Below, piece after piece: positions 13,015 through 23,509 of a DNA stretch of 64,000 nt. A model generated the notes under the pieces. That model was not told where the DNA came from. It saw nothing but the letters and a program-made list of their open reading frames with translations, and ran no database searches. Positions within the stretch are counted from its first letter, which is position 1. Each line of letters opens with the position of its first letter. Both the position numbers and the translations under genes were made by a program. This DNA comes from Eukaryota sp. TZLM1-RC (taxonomy: Eukaryota; Protista; Metamonada: BaSk clade), in NCBI GenBank assembly GCA_040285825.1, contig JAUPSS010000007.1, forward strand, positions 706,501 to 770,500. The letters run 5' to 3'.

Positions 13015-16000
13015 TTAGCTCCTCTTCCTAATTCTATTACTGCGTCTAGGCTTTTTAGAAGGCGTAGACTCATTGGAGGTACCTTGTCGTCGACTAGCGG
13101 TACGTTTACCAATTTTCTTGTTATCCTTACTAAATAACTTATAAGCTTCTGAGTGTTTAATCGAATGGAGTGGCTCTTCTGTTGTCTCACCGCCAAACCA
13201 CTGAACAGTACAGAAACTACCTGAATCAGAGTGGTATTCTGAGAGGATTTTCTCTATAACGTGTTTTTCGGAATCGCCTGCAGCGACTGCCTTGAGGAAT
13301 TCAATGTCCTGTGGATTTTCTGCGTTATAGATTTTGCAATCTTTCTTGGCAGCTTTTATTATTTTGCTTGGTTTTACGTAAGACGTAGTCACCAATATTA
13401 AATATTATAAGACACGAATTAGTATTATCTACTGAAGACGGAGTATTTAATGTTTGGTGACGCTCTGCTTCTTCCCTTTTTTCTTGTAGACGAGTGTTTT
13501 TCATTTTGATGTCATCTAATAAGGGGATATTAGTTTCAAATTTGGATAAATTTCCTAATATATTAGCAGGGTCTGTTCTTGGACTAATCGAAGAACCGAA
13601 CATGAGTTCGTATGGGGTAAAACCAGTTTTTCTGCTTTTAGTAGAATTTATTAATAGTTGGGATATAGGTACGTATGTAGACCAATTTCGGTAATCATTG
13701 AAATCTATTAATAGTTTCCTTAAGCATTGAAGAACGTCTCTATGTTTACGTTCTACAAGTCCATTACTTTCTGAATAGTGGGGAATTGAGTTACTCATCT
13801 CAATCGCTAATCTGTTACACACTATTTTGAAAGTCTTATTGGCGAACTCAGGTCCATTATCACTATGAATTAACATAGGTATGCCAAAGATAGCGCAAAC
13901 ATTCCAAATTAAGGCATCTGCGGTTTCCAAGGCATTGAGTTCTTTTAGAGGGACTAAGATTGTATATCCAGTAAAAGAGTCTACAAATACTAATAGATAT
14001 TTATTTCCTTCGTTGTCAGAATTTAGGGGTCCAATTGTATCGACATTTAATCTGGCAAAAGGACGATCTGCCCATAAAGATCCTGTGGAAGGTGTTTTTG
14101 ATCTTTTAACTGGAGCCGTTTTTTGACAAGTTGGGCATCTTTTGACATGATTAATAAGGTCCTTTCTCATATTGGGCCAGTAAAAATCGCTTTTGGATAG
14201 CTTGTGTAAACTATCGTTTTTGCTAGGGTGACCAAATTGAACCAAACCATGTATTAATAGAAGTGCCTGTTTTCTGAGGCTCTTTGGAATCAAAATTTTG
14301 TTTTTATTATTTTTCCAAATTTGAGTATTTTCATCTAGAATTGCATTTTCAAATAACGAGTCGTTGTTGTTTTTGGCTATTTGTTGCTCAGATCTTATCT
14401 TAGAGAACCAAGAAGAAAAGATAGGTAGGTCTTGGTGTCTACTTAGAGATGAGATTGATGGGATGTCTTCAAGGTCCGAATCAGAATCATCGTCTAGTGG
14501 AGGTATCTCGTAATTTGAAAGTAAAGTATCTGGTATATTTATACTACAAATAGAAGGAGCTTCCTCATTTTGATCCAAATCAATATTCCTCGATAACATA
14601 TCTGCCCAATGGTTGTCTTCACCAGGTTCGTGGACTATGTCAAAGTCGAATTCAGATAGTATCGGCAGCCATCTCTTTACAATTCTATTTTTCTCTGGGG
14701 CTGTAGCCAGGAATGCAATGTTTTTATGGTCTGTGAAAATTGTTAAATGTCTAGTTAACAAGTACTTGTAGCTTTCTAAACAACTTTCAGTTAAATTCAA
14801 AAGTATTGCATATAATTCTTTTTGTAAGGTGGACCATTTTCTTTGTGTTTCTGTAAGTAATCTACTATAGAATGACAAAGGTTTTACTTTCCTTTTATTT
14901 AGCGGGGTTCCTGCAGGGGAGTAGGGTTCAATTTCTTGCCAAATAACACCTCCTACTGCTACATCTGAAGCGTTAGTACTTATCAATACTCGCTTGCCCG
15001 GAGCTGGTAATTCAAGGGGCATGTGGTTTACTATTAAGTCTTTTATTTGTTTTAAGTAATCGTCATGCTTGCTAGTCCATTTAATTATTCTGGGTTTTCC
15101 TTTAATTAGCTCGTTAATTGGAGCAATTAATTCAGAAATACCTGGAAGCCAATCTCTAATATAATTTATGGATCCTACCAATGAGCGAACTTCTTTCACT
15201 GTTTTTGGTCTAGGGATTCTCATCAAGGCTTCGATTTTTTTCTTACTTATAAATCTAGTTTTATCCTGGAAGGTACTTCCTAAAATGTCGATAGGGTGTT
15301 TTGATGTTACGAATTTACATTTACGTAAGCCTATATTTACACGTCTATTTCTGGCGCATTGGAGGACTCTTTGTAATCTCTTATAAAATTCTTCGAATGT
15401 CGTTCCAACTATTATGATATCGTCAATGTATATTAAACGCCATCAATTTGGAATATTTCCATCATTACGTTTTGAAAAACTGCTGGGATATTCTTTAATC
15501 CGAAGCAAGCTCTTTTAAACATAATTGACCTTCCAGGGATTGAGATTGATGTTTTCTCAATGTCCTTTTCAGCTACATTCATCTGCCAGAAAGCTTTTGG
15601 TAAATCAAGCGTGGCTATGTAATCTGCTCTACTTAAAAACTCTAAAATATCACTAATCCTAGGTAGATTAGGCTCTACTGAAATCGTGTGGGCGTTGACT
15701 CCATCTTTACCACTAAAGTCTCCCGTTAACCTGGGTTTCTTGCCGTCAGGATATATAACTAAGACAATAGGAGAGCTGAATTTATAATTAGATTCAACTG
15801 CATAGCCCATTTCGATCAGTTCATCAAATATTTTGTTTGCTATTTCCATTTTGCTGGGATTTAACCGTCTAGCAGGCTTGTGTACTATAGCATTCTCATC
15901 TCTAAAGGGGATTGTTAGAGGATTACAATCGATTCCTTTTCTATTAGGAGTTTCACTAAAAACATCGCTGAATAATTTTAGTAGGTTCGTTAATTTTAAT

Positions 16001-19000
16001 TTATTCTTACTATCATCTAAATTTATCTCACATCCAGATCTTGCTAATTGCTCCTCAAAATCAGAAGGACTTGGTGATTGGTTATCTAAGTTCCCAATCG
16101 AATGTTGAGCGATCCTGGAGTCGAATTCTGATTCTGCATTTAGCAAAGTGCGGTGTTCTTTGTCTAATGTAATGAAAAGACCATCATCCGTCTGAAGCCC
16201 AAGTGCTTTTAACATGTCTGTCCCTATTAATAATTTGTTCGAACCCGGGATTATGGGAAGAGTATGTTTATAATGAACTTGATGCGCAATGCTTTCAACG
16301 TTGAACGACAGAATACCAGTTGCACTCCCTAGCGATTTTGTGGATACGTTATTAGCTGGTAAGAACTTAATAGTATCCTTACTATTGATTGACATATGGC
16401 ATTGTTCAGCTAAATCTGCAGTAATAACTGAACAAAACGCAGCCGAATCTATAGTCGCAATCATTTTAATATCATTTATTGATATCTCCAGTCTTAGAAA
16501 TGGAGAACTCTGGGACCTGATGTGGTTTTCACTAACCGTAGAATTAATATCAAAAATACTATTGATATCAGAGCTGGTTTGGTGAATTTGTAGAGGAATT
16601 AAAAGATTTTGTTGAGCTGTTGGAAAGTTGTTGACTGGGTTTCCTAAATCGGTTGTTGATTGGTTGTGATTGATTGCGTTGATATGTACCCGATTAGGAA
16701 AGTTGCCTGTCCTGCTGTTCCGGTTGCTGTTGTTGATCCGTCTGTGAGGAACCGTACTCGAACGGGTCGGTTTTGACTCAGTAGGGGATGCGTTTGATGA
16801 TATGTCCTCTGTTGTGTTTATGTTATGTATAGGTCTGTACTGACCTCTTCCTTTATGACCTCTAAAACGGCCTCCACGGCCTCTAAATTTGAATCTATGT
16901 ACACGTCTACCACGGCCACCTCGGCCCCATTCAACACTGCCTCTACTAGCAGGCGCCTCCTGGTCTCCTAATCTGAATCTTTCTTCTTTGGGAACTCTGC
17001 TTCTAGCACAACGAGGGTCTTTGCATTCGAATACAGTGTGGCCAACAGGATTGTTACCTTCGACGTTGCTGCAGAATGTACAGAATTTTGATCCTTCTCG
17101 TTCATGCTTTTCAGGGATGTATTTGTGTTGAGGGGTTCCTCTTGACTTCCCACCTGATCGTCTTGCTCGTTTTGATGGAGCCTGGGCTGATGGTGTTACT
17201 CCTCTTGAGTAAGTTCTCATCGCCGTGAGTCCCAAAGGAATATCTTCATCGTTAGCTCTGTTCCTTAGTACATCCATTGTGGGCTTATTTCCTGCTGTGT
17301 AACACCAAGCGAGGAAATGTCTCCTCGTTGTCGATATCAAATCGAGTAGAGTTGTTCTGTTCGGTGAGTCCCACAAGGATTCCCTAGTCCATACTGGGAG
17401 GAGTTCGCTTGATATAGCAAAGTTGTCCAAACCCATAAGGAAGTACTCGGCTATTAGAGCGGGAGATATGGTTATCAACCCACTGCTTCCTCTAATTAAA
17501 TCGGGGATGGTTAGGTCGGTCATGTAGGTGGTCATTCTCAAGACGTCTCCAAAATCTTCTACATAACGACCAAACTCGTTGTCAGCCTCATGCCTATTGT
17601 GGATTTTTCTCCAGTTTATTCTAGGCTTCATTAGAGCTGTACAAGCCTCATGATATGATGTAAATTGTGTTCTTTTTAACAGAAATACCATGACGTCGGC
17701 GTCGGTATAATCAACACCGAGTAAACCTTGACTCTGCCATCTAGATAGAAGGCTAGGGTCGATCATGCTGGATATTCCTGTAGGGCAAGTGCTCATCATC
17801 ATGCTCCTAAATAAATCATAATGGTGGATTGGGGGTCCGAGCTTATCTGTTATAGCTGGATCAATCCTTACCAAAGGCTGTGTTGTATCCCTGGTGATCT
17901 CGTCGCGTATATGTTTGGGGAGATCTTTAATCCTATCTTGGGTTATTTCTGCTTGGCCTTCTCCAAATAGCTGGGTAGCTATCATAAAGGCTCTGGTCTA
18001 ATCTGATTGACCTGGGGCTTCAAAGCTTCTATTAACTATCTTTCGCCCGTACTTATCCCAAGTTTGATATTTTAAAAGAAAAGCTATGATAGACATTTTG
18101 TTGATAGGGTCATCAGCGGATAATCGAGGTCTTTTATAGTCGATGTCCTTAGACCGTGGATCAATCTGTCTATGAAGGCTACTAGCAATACTCATGTCAA
18201 TAGCTCTTCTTGAGGATTGTAGGTCCTCGATACGCATGGATCTGTCGGAAGAAGAGTTTCTTACTGAGTGGTTGAGGAGGAGCCGTTTCTCCAGCGACTG
18301 GCCCGTTCAACTCTATGTCTTCTCCAATTTCACATTCCATAGGTTGGGAGGAAGTTGGTTCTTCCTGAGGAGCAACGTCTTGTCTTGTTACAGGCTCCGG
18401 GACGTTCACTGTTGGAACGTGTTCGGGTATGCTGTCAATAGAGCAGACCTGTATTGGTTGGCTTTTTTCAGAAATTATAGGGGCTACAACAGGCAATTTG
18501 GGAAGGTGGAGAGATGTGGATGGATCTCCCGTTACCCATTGTCTAAACTCTCGTTGTTTCGTGAACGAGTTACCATGTTGTTGGATATAGTTGTTGGGAC
18601 GGCTCCTATACGTGGATACAGCTGATCGTTCCGTATGAATGTTATTCAGAGCGTCTGCATCGAACCAGGGTGTTACTGGTTCAAGCTTGTCTTGTTCACT
18701 ACTATCCTCCTGCTCCATAAATTCCCTAAAATATGTGGGAGCACCCTCTGTCAGCTCCGTGTAATTATGGCTTACCGTATCAAAGTTAGGATCAAACCAG
18801 CCAGGCAATTTGGATTGTAGGATGTCTTCCGAGTCGGTCCTACTTCTCTGTTCGATGGAGAGAAACCTTATTCTCCTGCCGTATTGATCTAGGAAGGAGG
18901 CCTTCCAATCCAATCTATCTTTGATGGGAAGAGACATCAATTCATCGATTCTCTTGTCCATTCCAGAGATTCTGGGGCGGCGTTCTGCGTTACGCCCGAA

Positions 19001-19678
19001 TGTCTCTCTACTCAATTTATCGAGTGCCTTTATTAGTTCATTCCTTTCATTGAGGGGAATTTCCAATACCTTTTGGGTATCCCCAATCATTCCGAGGGTC
19101 TGGAAACCAACGTTTCTGCCTCTTTTTTGAATGTAACTCCATAAAGGGGGAAGCTGCTCGAACAGACAGAAATCTGTTGGTTCGAGGTAAGCCTCCGCAT
19201 CCTTTCTTAATAACTTGTAAAACCCCTCAGAAGAGTCGTCTTCTCCCTCCATTTCATCTAGTTGAGATTGAATTTCTTCATATTCTCCTAATGGGGAAGA
19301 CGTGTCTAAGGTGGGATCTCCATCCGTTCCCTTTGAGACAGGTTCTAGAATTGGGAGGGGAGAGGGAGCCGGGTCCGTTCTCGTTGCCTCTTCCATTGCT
19401 TTGAGGGGAGAGGGAGCCGGGTCCGTTCTTGTTACCTCATCTGTTTCTTTTTTCCTGAGGGGAGAGGGAGCCGGGTCCGTTCTCGTTACCTCTTCTGTTG
19501 TTGAAGATGGAGGGACGTCGTCCACTCTTTCATCTTCTTCTACATTAAGGGAGGGGGAGGTGGGATCCGGGTCCGTTGCCTCGTTGCCCTCTATATCATG
19601 TGTATGTGACGCTGGTACCTGCTGCATATTAAGTGGTGGATTAGAGTCAGAGATATCTGGTTGGGAAATGTCTGACAT
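13015..19678 (-). pseudogene. gag-pol: gag-pol of family B, disrupted
   Basis: Domains: acidic Pro-rich N-terminus; Cx2Cx10Hx4C knuckle plus RGG; protease IDSAA...LIGTD; RT LDLPKAFWQ and FGLKN; RNase H; HHCC/DDE integrase; chromo-like VIEKIL..CTVQWFGG.TTEEP. Lesions: frame break in 18197-18306, in-frame TAG at 17998-18000, frameshift at ~15435 just before YIDD, RNase H D->N (TNASD), and a deletion/frameshift removing the GPF motif at ~13370. Confidence 0.93.
13465..13481 (-). promoter_or_regulatory. Internal polypurine tract identical to the family B 3' PPT
   Basis: Plus-strand ctgcttcttcccttttt occurs at both 13465-13481 and 12885-12901 (17/17). Confidence 0.75.
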
Positions 19679-19834
19679 GCTGTTAAGTGTCTGAAGATGT
19701 TCGCTAATGCTGAAGTTATGGTATACCTTTTGACTTTAAAATGGCCAATAATTATTGTTGCCTAAAGTCTATTGTAGTAAAGAAAAGTCTGATTTATTTT
19801 CTATTCATATTATATAAGCCTTAGGGCGCCAACA

Positions 19835-20775
19835 AACGCCATAAAAAAATAACAAAGCTGTTCATTGTTTTTTCTTTCACCATTTTTTGGAAGTCATTCA
19901 AAAAAGTTTCTGCTTCAACTGATAATCTTCCATTTATCGAAAATGGGAAAACAATAAACAGCAGCTGTGTATTTCTATCGACATTAGCCTCTTCAATATC
20001 TTTATCATATTTTCTATGTTTCTCTTTTGCTTTAAAATCCAGAGCAGCCACAGGATTCAGTTTTCTTCTGTGAACCAAAGTATCATTTGCAACATTACAT
20101 GAGACAAAGTCAACAATAGCTTCAGAATTATTAATCCAATCACAGTATACATCACCTCTATCATCAGAACCAAAATTATTCAGAGAAAGTGTTTCCTTCA
20201 GCAGGGGCTCCTTGATATACGATATCCTTGCAGTTTGTGCCATATTGAAAACAGTGTCTCTAACAGCATCATGTAATGAAGAACGATAAGTTATCAATTT
20301 AGAGCAATTGAGAGCATGGTGCAAAGTGAGTTGAGGTAAATTCGAACAAATACATTTTTCTTTTGATAATAATTGGTTAATGGGGATGTTCAAATATAAT
20401 CTCACTTTTGTTACAAATGCATCATTAGTGGCACACAATCCAAATCTTCGTGGTACAATGGTAACAAAAAGTGAAGAATCTGACGCCTTGTTTTCACAAA
20501 CACCCTTTTCCAATAACAATGAGTGAAGATCTTGATTTAAAACAGCCGAGCTGCATATATTATTATAAAGATCTTTTTCATACATTCCAGTCAATCGTTT
20601 CTGTAATGTTCGAAGAGTGTACTTCAAATTTAAAACATTTTTTTCTGGAATATTGCCATTGAATGATTGGGGAAAACATCGACCCCCTTTTTTCTACATC
20701 AATTTTTGAAATTTCTTCTTTTAATGCAAAAACAGTGGAAATTTGCGTTGTCATCAATAAATCTTCCCAAATAAA
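19835..20775 (-). mobile_element. RLE-type (CRE-like) non-LTR remnant, best-preserved copy, interrupted by LTR element B
   Basis: 268-aa ORF with LQKRLT, FVTIVP..FVTKVRLYLNIP, CIC..HHALNC, LHDAVRD, KEP, RGDVY, IVDF, KEKHRKY, FPFSING. No RT core visible upstream. Confidence 0.88.
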
Positions 20776-21270
20776 ATAAAAATTAAAAATTAAAAACAGA
20801 TTAAAAATAGTCCATCTTTGTTACAATAATGATGAAAGGAACTTCAGAATATCCTCACCGTAGAAGAACTTCAAACAAATGCGGAATCTACTGAAAAATT
20901 AGTTTTTTGTGAATCATATAGGCGCATTTTTCAAGGTTTGTCTACGCCGATAATATTGAATTGTCTGCACTGCAATGGAATAAATACAGGATTTGGGACA
21001 CAAAAAACGAACCTCATCTTAATCCTAAGATTTTGCAATGATATCAAATTATTTCCCTTGTGTCTGAATTGGGAAATTCTTTTTTCTATTTTTCTATTAT
21101 TAATATTCACCATCAAAGGGAATAACATGTGTTATTTTGAAATTGGTTTTTGTTTTTCAGTAAATAATCCCGTGTGAATTTAAGTATCACCATAGACGAA
21201 AGTAAATTAAGAAATTCATAATCATTGAATCTTTATTACAAATCGAATTCACACTAATAATAATATATTT

Positions 21271-21349
21271 ATTGAATATGCACACTTAATAAAATTAACT
21301 CATAACTAATGGGACGAAAATCATTGAACCAAGATTTCCTCTACAAAAT
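21271..21349 (-). mobile_element. Short 3'-terminal fragment of the same RLE family
   Basis: attgaatatgcacacttaataa...ctaatgggacga...caagatttcctctacaaaat matches 12636-12714. Confidence 0.75.
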
Positions 21350-21611
21350 TACACTAATTGAAAACAAGTCTACCACTTGTTGATTCAATTAGCTCGGCCG
21401 AAACAAGGATTGTGAACAAACTGAGAGACAAGAAATGATCACTTAGTGTTGTATCCCCTTACTCAACAAAGTTGTAATTAGGGTAATGTAAAGTAGGAAT
21501 GAACAAGGTGTAGGCCATGTCAAGGGGCCCGCAGTCTATCTTTGTCCTCGTTGCAGACTTAAGGGCTGTTGCTGGAGCTATTGGTTAATCAAAAGCCAAG
21601 TTGGAAAAACA

Positions 21612-21908
21612 TCAAGGATCCTTTGGTGACGTTGATTCTTCCAAAGGGATGATACTGACATCAGTAGAGGAAAGTTGAAGACTGTGTTGAATCAGATCAA
21701 GAAAACTTTGTGAGTTTGCCACTTCCTTAAGCCGTGATGAGGCATAAATCGCAATATTACCAGCTTCAGTTATTGTTACCAAGAGAACTTCGTTGTTTTG
21801 ATGTGCCTGGCTTACAAGTGTTTTCCGACGCATGGAGAAGGTGAAGTAACGCTTTCGTTTATCCGTGACGTAAGAGTCTTGCTGAGGTATTGATAGTTAA
21901 AGGGTCAT
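21612..21908 (-). pseudogene. SRF-type MADS-box pseudogene
   Basis: Mirror of 55989-56300 but with TAA at codon 4 (atg acc ctt taa) and a 15-bp in-frame deletion (MALED missing). Confidence 0.85.
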
Positions 21909-23197
21909 TGGCTATGGGTGATCAATATTTTGAATTATTTCACTCAAAGATAATTCAAAAAGTCCCAATCTCACCTTGTTTTTGGAGACAGGGTGTACTA
22001 GGCGTTTTTGTATCAGTAGCTACATCCACGTATCACCTTTGCTGTGTTCTAGCCTCATCATTTCTGTTCATCACATCTTCCACAATCATTACATCCACCA
22101 ACTTACAATAAGTACGGGGATGTACATCAAGGGTCAGGGTACATCGACTACACTGACACACTATCTTGAGAGTGTTCTCCATCAACGCACAATGGCGTAC
22201 ACCATTGGCTCCCTTGATCACCTCCGAAGGATCTGTGATCTGCCACAAATCTTCTGCAATTCACAAAGTGGAGGACTTAATTGGGACTGACGCATTCGAT
22301 TAATCACTACACGAACAATTTTGTCATTTCTTACGGATTTTGAGTTGAAGATTGCTGGACACCAACTTGTGCTCTCAATCACCATTGTTTTCCAATATGA
22401 TGTCAGAGAAGTTATTCAGTGTTCTTTGTCAGGTGACATGCTCCTCACCACTTGATTCGTTATTCAACTATTATTTTAACGATCGTATCATTTTGAAATG
22501 TTTACCTTCCAACAGTTACTTCCTGTAGTATCTCCTTGTTTGTTCCATTATCTACAAACCTTATCTCTCTGTGTTTCAAGACAAATAACAAATCAATCCA
22601 AGTACCATAATAGATCTTTGTAATAAAATTTTGATTCGTAGAGTTATTGTCCAAATACAAGAAAAATTGCTTATTTATTTCAAAGATGTTGAAGAAAACT
22701 AATCGGTATTGACCTGAAACCAGTTTTAATTATATGAATTTTTCTTTCCCAGCACAATGGGTTGACATGAAAGATATTTGTCGTTTGGTAATTGATTAGT
22801 TCCAATCTTGTAATTAAAACAACAACTGATGTTTTAAATCATTTTTAGTGGCAGGTTTTTCATCATCCTCTGCATTATCAAATGATCTACGGTGCAAACC
22901 TAAATTTTGTCTGATCTCTGCAATTCAAGGTACGTTTGTAGATCTATTTATTATTCAAAAACTACTGGCCAGTGATTTGAATGATACAATTTCGTTTCAA
23001 AACTCAGTTCGATGTCAGTAACATGTTTCCAAACCAATGTTCAAATGATTTTACCAAAATGATTCCATAATATACAGTGGGATGTTAGCTTATGTTGTAG
23101 CTTATGCGCAACGGTCCAACAGTCCTTCACGCTTGCTGTGGTTACAGGGCTGTTGCCGTATCCATTGGTTAAATCGAAAGCCAAGTTGTAGAAAACA

Positions 23198-23509
23198 TCA
23201 AAGATCCTGTGCTGACGTACGATCTTCCAAGGGAATGATACTGACATCAGCAAAGGGAAGCTGAAGACTTTGTTGCATCAGATCAAGAAAACTCTGTGAG
23301 TTTGCCACTTCCTTCAGGCGTGATGAGGCATAAATTGCAATATTACCAGCTTCAGTTATTGTTACCAAGAGAACCTCATTGTTTTCCTTATGAGCCATTT
23401 GATGTGCCTGGCTGACAAGTGTTTTCCGACGCTTGGAGAAGGTCACGTAACGCTTTCGTTTATTCGTGACGTAAGATTCTTGTTGAGGTATTGATAGTGA
23501 AAGGGTCAT
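23198..23509 (-). CDS. Small SRF-like (type I) MADS-box transcription factor, 103 aa
   Basis: YVTNKRKRYVTFSKRRKTLVSQAHQM...EVLLVTITEAGNIAIYASSRLKEVANSQSFLDLMQQSL aligns by eye with the SRF/Mcm1 MADS core and the following SAM region. Confidence 0.85.
   Translation of the reverse strand: MTLSLSIPQQESYVTNKRKRYVTFSKRRKTLVSQAHQMAHKENNEVLLVTITEAGNIAIYASSRLKEVANSQSFLDLMQQSLQLPFADVSIIPLEDRTSAQDL

Larger units (their letters stand above)
12806..19834 (-). mobile_element. Near full-length Ty3/gypsy chromodomain-bearing LTR retrotransposon, family B (7029 bp)
   Basis: Identical 79-bp LTRs (12806-12884, 19756-19834; TGTTG...CAACA), TSD AACG, PPT at 12885-12901, and gag-PR-RT-RH-IN-chromo order. Confidence 0.97.

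Noticed and set aside
15420-15440. Programmed frameshift in pol
   Set aside because: It falls directly before YIDD inside RT, where family A is continuous. It is a 1-nt lesion or a sequencing error.
18194-19694. Antisense ORFs over gag and the TRIM (e.g. 18194-18625, 19302-19694, MRGEGAGSV... series)
   Set aside because: Shadow frames of GC-richer, repetitive coding sequence, with no recognisable motifs.
19730-19747. TGG-initiated tRNA PBS (TGGCCATTTTAAAG in family B; TGGGTCGTCCCCGG in family A)
   Set aside because: TGG is 8 nt from the LTR and is explained by the palindrome and stem. The following bases differ between families and I recognise no tRNA 3' end. Not formally excluded without the host tRNA set.
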